A DNA stretch of 64,000 nt from Octopus bimaculoides (lineage: Eukaryota). The stretch spans positions 55,340,037 to 55,404,036 of the forward strand of contig NC_068992.1 in the NCBI RefSeq assembly GCF_001194135.2. The letters run 5' to 3'. A program made the position numbers and the translations under genes. The notes under the pieces were generated by a model, which saw nothing but the letters and a program-made list of their open reading frames with translations, was not told where the DNA came from and did no database searches. Of the stretch, positions 12,297 to 24,974 are shown one piece after another. Positions within the stretch are counted from its first letter, which is position 1; each line of letters opens with the position of its first letter.

Positions 12297-14114
12297 CACA
12301 CAGACACACACACACACACACATGTATATACCAAAAAGCAGAAAGGTCTGGAGCAGGATAACAAAAAGAAAAAACACCTGCTGATGAATTTGACTATATT
12401 GAGACCGATGGGTCAAAGTATACTGGTGGAACATACAACGTAAACAGGCACCAGTTTTTAAAAATAACAGCCAAATATTGCCGTGTGCGACCTCAAAAAA
12501 AGACAGGTCCTTTTGTGAATATCAGCGGTCCTTTTCCTCTGGATACCACTACAAAAGGGGGAGGGCATCTATGGACTATTCTTAAAGAGTTTTCAAATCC
12601 AGTACCCAGGATACATTTTCAGCTTCATACTTATTATTATAGGAGCTTCAGGAAACATACCAACCAGTCTGGAGCCATGTATGACCGAACTTGAGTTCTA
12701 AGGGACAGAACGAACCCAAATTCTTAATTCAAACGCTACAAATGATCATGGTGTCGGGGAATATAATAATCTACAAGAACTTCTTACCATTTAAAGGATG
12801 ATGAACAAAACAAGATGCATTCCTTCACAGCCTTGTAACCACGTAGATGGCCGGTCACAATTTACTCTGAATTGAAAAACGAAAGTGGACATACATACAT
12901 ACAAACATACCATATAATTTTATGACCTGAATTTCTTGATAAAGTGAAACTTTCTGTTGATGCTTCTATATTCGCTTCACGAGGAATTTTGAGGCAAATA
13001 TTCAAACAACATTTGCTATAGAATATTATATACATTTTATAGTTCATGCTATGTATTTATGTAAAATTATATGACGTTTTTATTAGTTTGTATTATTGAA
13101 TGCAGGCTTTCTTCTGTGCCTAGGTAAAGTAGTTGGAGGCAAGAATATAATTGAAAATTGTTTAGAGTTATTTAATTTCTTTTAGTTGCTATGTTGAGAA
13201 TGTTGACCCCATAACCAGATTACAGTTAGATGTTTATCACTGGTGTGCATCGTTGTATCGTATTCTTCCGAACGTATACAGCGGTATGAAGTAAATGTCC
13301 ACATGTTAGGCAGCATGCTGTTTTAATACAACTTTTTTATAAAATATAGCAGCGCATTAAGCTATAAACGATGTTAGGTTTCTTTAAATATAGGACACCC
13401 ATTTATTACAGTCTCAGTGTACTTCTTCACAAAGACTGCAAGCTTTGCATTCTATAGTTTGAATAAACTCACAACTGATAGTTTGCAAGCAAAAATAAAT
13501 TGGAACCACATCATCTGCCTATCATTACCTAGATTTATCGACACGAGCTGGGGAAGTGAAGTTTCACTGTAAATTACAGCTGCAAGAGCTGATAGAAAAT
13601 TACTACAAAATTAAAACCGTTAATTCTCATCGACGTTTATTGTAACTTTTGACAAAATAAACAAGATGTGGCGACTTTCGATAAAATGACAGCTACAACA
13701 GTTAACTTCCAATAAAATAATTACTTCACTTCTAATATACCAGTAACGTCTTTACAAGAGTTAAATCAAGCAAATACTGTTCGATGATTTCTCAAAGCGT
13801 GAATTAATCAATGACGTACCGATACCTAGTGACAATAATATCGAATGGAAGAGAGTAGAGATGTGAAGTAATTAAACTGACTTAAGCAATGAAAAGAAAT
13901 GCCTGTACTAATGAAGTTGTACAACTGTGTAAAATACACAATTGACTATGTAAAAAGATTGGCAAAGTGACAAATACAAGCGGAAATATACAGCAAAAGC
14001 AGTACTACAGTGTTTGAGATGTGAGGCCATTTTATCTAATTATTCGACAATGTTAAATATTGTCATGCTTGTTTCTCAAGCGAGGCATTATTTCTCGTAA
14101 CATATAAAAGAAAA

Positions 14115-14169
14115 ATCGATCAAATAATAATAATAATAATAACATCGATAACAACAACATATATAATAG

Positions 14170-14215
<46 letters not shown>

Positions 14216-14234
14216 CAACAACAACAACAACAAC

Positions 14235-14285
<51 letters not shown>
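14115..14285. repeat. (AAT)n/(AAC)n compound microsatellite
   Basis: Directly visible. Confidence 0.95.
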
Positions 14286-15039
14286 TTCTTTTATTGGTCA
14301 TATTGGCCGAAGACGTTGGTAACAATACAAATTGGAAAGACAGTAAATCAACAATCAAGAAACTGCGAGGGAGTTACAGGGAATAACAATGAAATCAACG
14401 ATAAAATGAGAGATCCGTTAATAAGTAGATTATATTCAATACAACGAATGATACCATAGAAATTTAGAATATGTAAAGGATTCTCCAAATGGTCAAAAGC
14501 CATATATTGATGCTTCGAAGTACACAAAACTGACAAGGAAACGCATATACCTTCTCTTGCCGCTTCGTGTAGCCGCAGAGTTAATGTGAGCCTATTTAGC
14601 GACATGAAGTTCGACACTCTCACAACCTTTGCATGAAATTCATTGTCGGGTACTCTCTACCTCTCTAGCCTCAAATTTGTCGTCTTGTGGTACCTGAAGA
14701 AGATGACAAGGATTTGCGCTTCGAAGAAAGTTCACTCCTCAACTTTTTGAACTCTATCCACTGTGCAACACACATCGCCATAGAAAACACGCGGGAAGAC
14801 TAATTCTTTATTGCCAAACGGTCGGAATGGCTTGATTTTCACGATACACTGAGCTGTCAAATACATCCCTTCTCACTTGATAATGTTTGTGTCACACTAC
14901 GCTACGAATCAGCAATGCACGATCACTGAAGAGTTACATGCCGGATGGTTGCACATTTGAGCACCAGATACAGTTGGGTGACTGGCAGGTCCAAAATGGC
15001 CATGCATGTAGTGTAGAAGTTATCCAGAAGATAATAATA

Positions 15040-15200
15040 ATAAAATGCTAATTATTGTTGGGTCCTTAGGAACAGTATCAAACGACATCAAGAAGAATAT
15101 AGAGGAAATCAGAATAGAATGCCCAGTAGAACTGTGGCTAAAAGTTCGCCTCCTCGGCATGCCCAGAATAATCAGAAAAGTATTAGATAGTTGAAAAAAA
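15040..15200 (+). mobile_element. 3' end of an R4/Dong-type (RLE endonuclease) non-LTR retrotransposon
   Basis: Translates IIVGSLGTVSNDIKKNIEEIRIECPVELWLKVRLLGMPRIIRKVLDS*, matching the V.IGALG...LQK..LLGTARILRKVL terminus typical of the family. Confidence 0.7.
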
Positions 15201-16251
15201 AACGGATATCATGGTACCATTGGCTGCAAGCAGCAAGCCCGCTATACATGCAAAACTTCAGGAGTTCCAACAAAACCTGAGTAGTAGATGAAAGACTAGG
15301 TTAACTACTTTTGGTTTTGAACTCTCAGCGTCAAAGCCGTAGACTATTCTACAAATAATTTTGTGCCAGAGTCTAACGATTCTGTCAATCCCAGAAAATT
15401 CCTCAACAGACCAATATGTTGAGACGCAGTTACAAAGACGATTAAGCATTTATACTGATTAGTATAAAACTTTTGGCCACAAACATCTATCCGTCCAAAG
15501 TGGCCAGTAAATCGTTACGAACCCCCAGCATATAATTATCAAGAACTAGAATGACAATATCTGTGCTTTGAAAGACACCTCGATCCTTTCTAAACAAAAT
15601 ATTGATCGGTAGAAGTCGGGAAAACTGTCAAAGCACCAGTCTTGAAAGTGAGATAAACCTAAATGTTAATTATCGAAACCGAAAGTAGTATCAGTACTAA
15701 CGGGAGTACAGGATATCCGAAAACTAAACGAACAAAAGCATAAATACAAACCCGGTGCTCACAACGCTGTACACGATTTAAAGATAACCTCGATATGCAT
15801 ATCTCCGTATCTTAGACGAGTTAACAATCAATTCTACAGTATAATACAAACACCATGCTTTTTGCATTTAACACGTAACTTTTACTACTACGTACCAACA
15901 TGGTGGTGGGGGCGGTGGTTAAACACTTGTGTTCTGAGTTTGCTGCTGTACTCCGTCTCAGCTTGCAGGAGTCAATAACTTATCAGGCAGTGAAGTAGCT
16001 TTTCTAGAGGTTTCTGTCCCCGTCCGCTGTGATACGAGAGCCCGAGGTCTATTTCGCCTTTTATACTTTCNNNNNNNNNNNNNNNNNNNNNNNNNNNNNN
16101 NNNNNNNNNNNNNNNNNNNNNNNNNNNNNNNNNNNNNNNNNNNNNNNNNNNNNNNNNNNNNNNNNNNNNNNNNNNNNNNNNNNNNNNNNNNNNNNNNNNN
16201 NNNNNNNNNNNNNNNNNNNNNNNNNNNNNNNNNNNNNNNNNNNNNNNNNNN

Positions 16252-16420
16252 TTATTATTATTCAGGTCACTGCTTGGAATCGAACTCGGAATCTTGGGGT
16301 TAGTAACCCGCGCTCTTAACCACTGCACCATATACGGGCATATGGCGTAGTGGTTAAGAGCGCGGGATAGCCCCAAGATTCCGAGTTCGATTCCAGGCAG
16401 CGACCTGAATAATAATAATA
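16252..16420. promoter_or_regulatory. Back-to-back inverted pair of tRNA-like heads (Pol III A and B boxes on both strands)
   Basis: Plus arm has A box TGGCGTAGTGG (16343-16353) and B box GAGTTCGATTCC (16383-16394). Minus arm has TGGTGCAGTGG and GAGTTCGATTCC. A 6-nt spacer (16334-16339) separates them and both arms end in (AAT)n. Confidence 0.85.
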
Positions 16421-16481
16421 ATAATAATAATAACATCGAAAATATCTTAGGAATGAGAACCCAGGTTCGAAATTTCCCCCA

Positions 16482-16527
16482 GACACCTGATGAAGGCTGG
16501 AGGGTATATCAGCCGAAACGTTTTGTT
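16482..16527 (+). ncRNA. Minimal type I hammerhead ribozyme motif (Penelope-type), canonical core
   Basis: GACAC-CTGATGA-A-GGCTG-GAGGGTATAT-CAGCC-GAAA-CG-TT-TTGTT: core 16487-16493, 5-bp helix II, palindromic AACGTT helix III. Helix I GACAC/TTGTT has a C.U mismatch next to the core. Confidence 0.8.
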
Positions 16528-16619
16528 AACAACAAACAAGATGAGGACAAATATCCATCAATTGTAAATAATATAAATAATGTACATAATTCCTCATCTC
16601 TTAAATATAGAACTGAGCA

Positions 16620-16760
16620 ACAATTATAATAATAATAATAGATGATGATTACGATGACGACGATGATGCTGATGAGTATGATGGTGGTGATGACGAAGAC
16701 GACGACGATGTCGATGATGAAGATAACGACATCGACGAAACTGAAGAGGATGAAGTAGGA

Positions 16761-16791
<31 letters not shown>

Positions 16792-16840
16792 AGAAGAAGA
16801 AGAAGAAGAAGAAGAAGAAGAAGAAGAAGAAGAAGAACAT
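16620..16840. repeat. (GAT/GAC)n cryptic repeat followed by (GAA)n
   Basis: Directly visible. Confidence 0.9.
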
Positions 16841-17349
16841 GGGAGTGGTATGATAGTTGTAGACTGTTGGTAGAGTCTTCTTTGCGCAATAGATCTCCAA
16901 AGTTATCTGAGACAAGACTATTATTATCTCTGATACGTATTTCTTTGTCTGAAGAATTCTTATTATAAAAGAATATTGATCGCTTCGTTTCAGACATGGA
17001 TTCAGATTGGATAGATCACAACTTGCTCAACAATTTTGAGGAGGAAATGATAAAAAGAAAGATTGTGTAAAAGAAAATTATTCATATAGAAGCAATAGTT
17101 GATTGTTTTACCATAGCATTTCAGTAATATCTGGATTAAAGATATTGCAGAGGAATAATAAGTTTGATCCTTATAAAGCCGAATAAAATTCCAAATATAT
17201 CTTTGGCATCAGAAATTGTGAAACAACAGTGAAACATAATGTATTGTATAATAACAAAAATTTAACCAAATTTTGGATGCTGATTTATATATATATATTA
17301 TAACAACATATTAATGTAGCTTGTAGGAGTAGATTATCCTAATATTTTA

Positions 17350-17655
17350 TTACTGGCATTCCGTCGAGGGTTCCAGTTGATCCGATCAACGGAATGGCCT
17401 GCTCATAAAATTATCGTGCACTCCACAGAAGCGCGTACTCTTAACCTAGTTCTCAGGGAGATCAAGCGTGACATTGTATGTGACAAGGCTGGTCCTTTGA
17501 ATTACAGGTACAGCTCATTTTTGCCAGTTGGGTGGATGGAAGCTACGTGAAATAAATTGTTTTGCTCAAGGAAACAACGCTCTGCCGGGAATCGAACTCA
17601 CAGCCTTACGATCATCAGCGGATTACCCCAATCACTAAATTACGCGCCTTCATAT
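17350..17655 (-). mobile_element. tRNA-derived SINE (family S3) with a CORE/Meta-like central domain
   Basis: Minus-strand head GTGATTGGGG...GAGTTCGATTCCCGGC, then TTGTTTCCTTGAGCAAAACAATTTATTTCAC. Homologous to 21.5-21.9, 24.7 and 30.8 kb. Confidence 0.75.
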
Positions 17656-19614
17656 TTTATTACAGGAACATGTCTATTAGCTAATGTTTGTGTTAGCCTC
17701 GGGAATAGAAACTGCCACAGAGATCAACTTTAAATACGGATAAGGATAACATTCTCGATTAATCTGTAGATATCTTAGAGCTTGTTCATTTGATGAAAGG
17801 GAAACTTCTTACAAATACAAGTGGCATTGATGACGAAAGTTCCACGAACTTTTCAAAGCGCCTGAAAATGCATATACAAAATATGCCTTAATCTCATATA
17901 CTAGGTGTTTTTGACTGTCCAAATTCGCCTGAAATACGTCGGCAAAGATGTGTTTAATTATTATTAAAATAAATAGCAGGCAAAAGAAACAAGTCCTATA
18001 CGATTTCATTGCTGCCAAGAAAAAATCTATCTTTAATGAAGAAATAATTGCTACAGAAAATACATTAGCAATATTACATGAATCTATTGAAACATATTTG
18101 CACAAAATCTGAAGCAGAATTTTTAATAGATAATAAATCAATATGTAATAGAAAATAAGTATATTTAAAATATGTGCACAAAAACAACAACATAACATTT
18201 AATTATGGATATTAATTGATTAACCACATTAATTAAAACAAATAATTAACTTTAAGACATAAACATAAACACCCATCTTCAAAGTATCATTTCGTAAAGT
18301 ATAGCCACAAATACAATATATCACAATCAAGGACAAACTAGAAGTAGAACAGCCATTAAAGCAACCAATCACTTGCTTACATTCATCTTGTCATGCTATA
18401 AAACCAATTACAAACAAGAACTAATGAACAGATTCTATCACATTCTCATCTACTGATTCATACACGCGCTAACTATGTTTCAGTCTCTCCATTCCGAAGC
18501 CAGCATTCACTGTTGTAACCCAAGTTAAACATTCGGTTTCTTTCGACACAAAATTGCGTTGTATGTACTGAAAACCAGAGCCTTCAATAAAGTAGCACCA
18601 AGCCCAGTGCTAAAATATTCAGTGTGCAGTAAATGTTAAGTGAGCCTTTTCCTACTTATGACCGCTCTATGAATATAATCAAAGCAGTGGTTTATAACAT
18701 TTCAGTTGATAAAGTTTCAGTTTTCTGGTACTGCTAAAACAGTTGTGCAAATCACTACAACAAAACCTTTCTTTACAGATATGGATGCTAACACTATTTC
18801 TATTTTTATTTGTCTTTTTTTGTCATGGTTTCCGAAAATCTGTGTTTTCAGTAAGGTTGAAAAATTCGGTCAGAAATTTTGTAATACCTACAGATTCTGG
18901 CAACCTATTTCAACATTTAGTTTATTCACTGCCTTGCCCCTGGCCCAGTAACTTCCGTAATACGATACATGAAATATGCCATGAGTGGACAAGTAATTTT
19001 ACAAATGCAGAAAAAAAATGTAATTATGGGAACGAAGACTTTCATTGTTAAAGGAGAAATCTTTTGAGGAGCAGCCTTTTATCTCTTACATATATGTATG
19101 GCATGCACACATGTTAAACCGACATATTAATTACGACTGGTCTCGTATAAAATTCTATGCCAGGACAGTCACCCATTGCTAATTTCAATGCTGCAAATGA
19201 TAAATAACTTGAAACACAACTGCAGATAGTACATAGCTGTACCACAGAAATTAAATGAAATTTGTATTAGAAAAACCCACCACGGTAACCGGAAAAAGAG
19301 GAAAATATATTTTGAAATATCATGATGCAAGATTAAGAATTCGAACAAACACAAACCTATAAATACTTATGAATCATTGAACTTGACAATGTATAATACA
19401 CACAAATAATATAGGAGATTAAAAAGGAATAACATAAAAGCATTAGATTACTACTTGAAACAGAGCTAGCTGTGAACAAATAATGCAATGCGTATCAATA
19501 CTGTAGCTATTCCACTAATGGACTATAGTTATAATCTTCTCAAGTGAACGCTAGATAAACAAGCATGGCTAGACAGTAAAAAGAAAGTAAAAGAATCACT
19601 GGGATTAAAATACA

Positions 19615-20770
19615 CTCGGCGCTGGAGTGGCTGTGTGGTGAGAAGTTTGTTTCTCAAAGCTCATAGTTCAGGGTCCAGTTTAACGGCATGGCAAATTGAG
19701 CAAGAATCTCCTGGTATAGCTCTGCATCGACCTTGTCGGTAAATATGGTAGGCAGATATGGACGGAAAGTGAAGGAAGGAAGTCTATTGTCTATATTTGT
19801 ATAGGAACTTTGTTCACAAATATGTTTATGTGTGTGTGTGTGTGTGTGTGATTGTATATATATATATATATATANNNNNNNNNNNNNNNNNNNNNNNNNN
19901 NNNNNNNNNNNNNNNNNNNNNNNNNNNNNNNNNNNNNNNNNNNNNNNNNNNNNNNNNNNNNNNNNNNNNNNNNNNNNNNNNNNNNNNNNNNNNNNNNNNN
20001 NNNNNNNNNNNNNNNNNNNNNNNNNNNNNNNNNNNNNNNNNNNNNNNNNNNNNNNNNNNNNNNNNNNNNNNNNNNNNNNNNNNNNNNNNNNNNNNNNNNN
20101 NNNNNNNNNNNNNNNNNNNNNNNNNNNNNNNNNNNNNNNNNNNNNNNNNNNNNNNNNNNNNNNNNNNNNNNNNNNNNNNNNNNNNNNNNNNNNNNNNNNN
20201 NNNNNNNNNNNNNNNNNNNNNNNNNNNNNNNNNNNNNNNNNNNNNNNNNNNNNNNNNNNNNNNNNNNNNNNNNNNNNNNNNNNNNNNNNNNNNNNNNNNN
20301 NNNNNNNNNNNNNNNNNNNNNNNNNNNNNNNNNNNNNNNNNNNNNNNNNNNNNNNNNNNNNNNNNNNNNNNNNNNNNNNNNNNNNNNNNNNNNNNNNNNN
20401 NNNNNNNNNNNNNNNNNNNNNNNNNNNNNNNNNNNNNNNNNNNNNNNNNNNNNNNNNNNNNNNNNNNNNNNNNNNNNNNNNNNNNNNNNNNNNNNNNNNN
20501 NNNNNNNNNNNNNNNNNNNNNNNNNNNNNNNNNNNNNNNNNNNNNNNNNNNNNNNNNNNNATATATATATATATATATAAACGAATTCAAAGAGTGGCTT
20601 ATTAGCAATTAGAACCTAAAAGCAAAATTAATAGAGGCCATAAAGCTGTGTGTGCGCGATCGGATGTGTGTGCCATTATCATTATCGATGACTAACTCTT
20701 AACACGTAAGTTAGCGTTTCGGCAAGAGCGACCGATAGAATAACTAGACTTTAAAGTATTAGTTCTGGGA
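19615..20770 (+). mobile_element. SINE family S2 spanning an assembly gap in its internal microsatellite
   Basis: Head GCTGGAGTGGCTGTGTGGTGAGAAG at ~19620 and tail GTAAGTTAGCGTTTCGGCAAGAGCGACCGATAGAATAA at ~20710 flank a (TA)n/N gap. Confidence 0.6.
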
Positions 20771-20889
20771 TCGATGTATTTGATTATACTCTTCTAGATG
20801 GTGGCGCAGAGTAACCGCACTTCAATGGCTGGAACACGTATAAAGGAATAAGAGATGATATCTGGTATAAAATTACTCCGTTCTACTAT

Positions 20890-21095
20890 AAGCACAAGGC
20901 CTGAAATTTGAGGGAGGACCTAGTCGATTACATTGACCCCTGTACTTACTTGACTGGTACTTAATCCATCGATCCCTGAATGGATGAAAGTGAAACTCAA
21001 CCTCCACGGAATTTGAAATCAAAACGTAAGGACCGACGAAATGCCGCTAAGCATTTTGCTCAGCCTGCTAACTATTCTGCCAGCTCACCACCGTC
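20890..21095 (-). mobile_element. SINE family S1
   Basis: AAGCACAAGGCCTGAAATTTG...GTCGATTACATTGACCCC...GAAATGCCGCTAAGCATTTTGC...TTCTGCCAGCTCACC. Confidence 0.8.
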
Positions 21096-21529
21096 TGGTA
21101 TAGAAATAATACATTTACCATGAGCAAGAGGCATTAATGGAAAACATCAAAAAATATTTGCAGTTGTACTTAAGAGACGTGTGCTGTCAAATCACGTAAA
21201 AATTAATACAAGGAACTAAGAAACCCAAATAAAGATAAACGACAATTTTCTGTTTTTAAAGAAGCCAACAAATATAAAACAAAGCTGAAATGACAGGCAG
21301 TTATAAAAACAAGAACCACCAGCAGAAATTGTGAAAGTCCTAAAGTGAAAGCTAAAGATTGAGCTGGGATTATGGATTCATACTTTGGCACAAGTTTAAC
21401 TAGTTCAGGGGACGGGGTAAATCAATTTCATCGACTTCAGTATTCAACTTGTTGGTATTTCAGCGGCCCCGAAAGTATGAAAGGCAGAATCAAACTCTGC
21501 AGAATTTGAACACAGAATGTTAGTACTCC

Positions 21530-21885
21530 GTCGGTTACGACGACCAGGGATCCGATCAGTAGAAGAGCCTGCTCGTGAAATTAACCTGCAAGTGGCCCGA
21601 GCACTCAACAGATACATGCACCCTTAACGTGATTCTAGAGGAGATAGAGCGTGAGACAGAGTGTGACAAAGTTGGCCCTTTGAAATACAGGTACTACACA
21701 TTTTTGCCNNNNNNNNNNGTTGGCCCTTTGAAATACAGGTACTACACATTTTTGCCAGCTGGGTGGACTGGAGCAACGTGAAATAAAGTGTCTTGCTCAA
21801 GGACACAACGCGTCGCCCTGAATTGAACTCATGACCTTACGATAGTGAGCCGAATATCCTAGCCACTAAGTCACGCGACTTCACA
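21530..21885 (-). mobile_element. SINE family S3, near full length
   Basis: GATCCGATC...CCTGCTCGTGAAATTAAC...GTGAAATAAAGTGTCTTGCTCAAGGACACAACGCG...CCACTAAGTCACGCG. Confidence 0.85.
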
Positions 21886-22952
21886 CTCAGAACGTAAAGA
21901 CTGATCATTTCGCCCGGCGTGTTAACGATTCTGCCAGCGCGCCACCTTATTGGGCTGAAATAATGCTATGATAAAGTGGTAATAGAAACGGCTTCTAGAT
22001 GGTCAGTGGCTGAAAAACCTGATTACGACAGAAGTAAACAAAGAAAATCTGCAGCCTTTCCTGAGAAATGCAAGATTCCAAGTTGAGACTTGAGTGTAGC
22101 ACAGGATCAAAGATTCTACACCGGAAACTACAAAAAGCATAGAATGAAGCAGGAGTCAAAACGGTAGAGGAGTAGGGGCCGAAACCGGACGTGGTTCCTC
22201 CTGATGATGTCTTGAGCTAACTGGATCCTATAAAGGAGCTGTTGTGGTAGCAGACCACGAAACATGGTTGAAATTCCTCCAAAGCGAAGTAGTGTCAAAG
22301 TACACCAGAAAAGTCTCAGAGAATTATAAGGCAGCCATATTTTGTGACAAATCAGGAAAATATCAGCGTGTTGTTATCGAAGACATCCAGACATCCTATT
22401 TGAAGTATTACTTTCAAAAGTCTTATCTCTCAAAGAAAGAGAGAAATAAAGATTTTAAAAATAGAAATAACCAGAATACAAAGATTGGAAACAGAAGAAG
22501 CTTCTATGACAATACGTGCCTTGGAAATGATAACAAATATTCATTCAAACATATAAGCAATATTGTAGAACTTCTAAAAATGTAAGACTTAGAGAAAAAA
22601 TAGCGTTACATAACTCAGAACACGAAATACATACAGCGCTGTGTATATAACATTGTTGCAAAACCAATAACTTCTCATACACAGGGTCTACATAGTTGCG
22701 TAAGTTATGCAATGGAATCACGCAATAAAAACAAAGCCACGAAATAATAATAACAATGATTTCTTTTGTTCACTACAAACTAGATGTTGTGGTCAGTAGA
22801 AAGTTGAAATACAGAGGAAAATAACAAATAAGAAAGAGTTGTAATGTGAAATGAAGCAAAGTATGAAAATGCATTAATAGATGAAAATTAGAGCCATAGG
22901 AATAACAACAAGAGCAACAACAATAACAATGATAATTGCTTATTTCTTGGCC

Positions 22953-23008
22953 ACAAGGGTCAATACAAAACAAAGGGTCAATACAAAGCAAAGGGTCAAT
23001 ACAAAACA
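22953..23008. repeat. 18-bp tandem repeat x3 (AAAGGGTCAATACAAARC)
   Basis: Three adjacent units directly visible. Confidence 0.85.
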
Positions 23009-23124
23009 CAGAACAGTGAGGATTTACATACAACACGTGTAAACAATATATTCAACAATGATTAATAACAAAATTATAAAGACCTAACACAGGGAAGGGC
23101 AATTAAAAAAGCCACTACTACTAC

Positions 23125-23226
<102 letters not shown>

Positions 23227-23445
23227 GAAAATTGCACTACTGGGTACTGCACACATCCTACGCAATACACTTTCAATACAGTAACCACAAGAGCATCACA
23301 GCAAACCACAGCACATACCCAAGGCACACAGAGCTGCGCTCGGTAGTGAAGTGAAAGCACGTTATAAAAATAAAACTACTGAAGAAGAAGAAGAAGAAGA
23401 AGAAGAAGAAGAAGAAGAAGAAGAAGAAGAAGAAGAAGAAGAAGA
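23227..23445 (+). mobile_element. Extreme 3' end, 3' UTR and (GAA)n tail of an RLE-type LINE
   Basis: KKIALLGTAHILRNTLSIQ* followed by a ~115-nt UTR and (GAA)n. Confidence 0.7.
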
Positions 23446-23449
23446 ATTA

Positions 23450-24200
23450 ATAATATATAGCATAGAGCAACGGGGTAAAAAGCATTTAATGCGGAACCTC
23501 TTTCGAATGTTATACTTCTTGTGTAGTTCACTATACTTCGTTATAGATTTTAGTCGCGATATCATTTTTCTCTCCAAGACACCATTATATATTTTCCATC
23601 ACCCACTACCTTTCTTCCTTTTCCATCTTTCTTTTTTCTGTTTACTGATATTCCACGTATCCTGCAAGAGGTCACATCTGTTGCAGATGTATTCGCAGCT
23701 GCAAAGAAATTCCTTAACAGATTCTTTTCTTGTAAGTTGTTGATGATAACATGATTGATAACTCTATTAACTTTCTATTTCACTCTAAGTCTTTCTGCAT
23801 TTGTGAAAGTCTTACCCCCAGACCAGAGACATTATTTTCATAATTTCAACTATGCCTCTGTCATTTGATCGTCTCCAAACTATCCATTATTTATTGTGTA
23901 TAATACATCATTTTTTCCTATGTTATTCCATTTTCTCTACAGTGTCATACTCATCTTATTCTATATCGCTTTCATCGTTTAGTCAATTCCATATTCAAAG
24001 CAATACTTCGCCTTATTCCTGCAAGCTCTAATTCACTCAAATATCTGTCCTTCCTAATCGCCTGGCTTGTTCTCAAATTCTTTATTCTATTAAATCAAAT
24101 AATCCTCTTTACTTCTACTTCTTATTCTCTGTTTGTATTCTTTTACTGAAGTTCCATCTCAATTTATTCATTTTCTTCGGTAGCAACGTTCTATAAAAAC
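23450..24200 (-). mobile_element. Heavily decayed LINE, probably the APE endonuclease region
   Basis: Purine-rich minus strand with remnants such as FGDDQMTE (cf. FGLGE.NDRG) and NHVIINN (cf. IDHI.I), with many stops. Confidence 0.4.
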
Positions 24201-24649
24201 CATATGCGTTTATATGCAGTGTCTGGATGACAGTCGGGCAGAGCTTGTCATTTACGTTAACTCCTCCAGCAGGTGAACCTTCATTTTCACTTTCAGTTTT
24301 ATTTCTGCTGTTATTTGATCTGAATTTGTTTAGGCGTATGAATTATGAAAAACAATGCGATATTGGTGAATTCATAATAGTAAAACATCGCATATCTTCT
24401 TTCGAGACACCATATATATCTATATACACCATCGGCAAAAGCTAGATAGTTTCCTTCACCTCATAAAGCTTACCTGGCATTTTTAGGACTTGGTGATCTA
24501 GGAATCTGTAACTCTGGACATAGGTCTTCAGAAGTGTTGCCAACCGGACCCAGCTGAGTACAAGACACAAAGAGAAGAGATTCCTCATGCCCTTATGTAA
24601 CGACATTATTATCCACACATGCACACATACACACAGAGTGGGAGTAAAG

Positions 24650-24815
24650 TAAAGGTGCGTGGCTTAGTAGTTATGGTGTTGGACCAATGATCGTAAATTT
24701 GTGGTTTCCATACCTGGACCCGGGCAACGCGTTGTGTTCTTGAGCAAAACAATTCATTTCACCTTGCTTCAGCTCACTCAGCAGGCAGAAATGAGTAAAC
24801 CCTGCGACGGATCGA
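24650..24815 (+). mobile_element. SINE family S3, 5' half
   Basis: GGTGCGTGGCTTAGTAGTT...GCGTTGTGTTCTTGAGCAAAACAATTCATTTCACC...CACTCAGC. Confidence 0.75.
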
Positions 24816-24920
24816 CAAGTAACATAATAAACAACTATTCATCAGTTGTCGGCTGTCTATCTACATCTCATTTCGAGCATTGAACGACAATTTGAGTCCT
24901 CGAAGACAGTTGCTCCCATT

Positions 24921-24974
<54 letters not shown>

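Noticed and set aside
12378-12430. CTGATGAA-TTTGAC...GTCAAA-GTATAC
   Set aside because: It has a stem but no GAAA in the required position.
14480-15000. Possible mariner-derived segment
   Set aside because: No TIR pair or convincing transposase motif was identified.
21671-21756. Exact 38-bp direct repeat separated by 10 N inside a SINE
   Set aside because: Scaffolding artefact; not a CRISPR-like or biological repeat.
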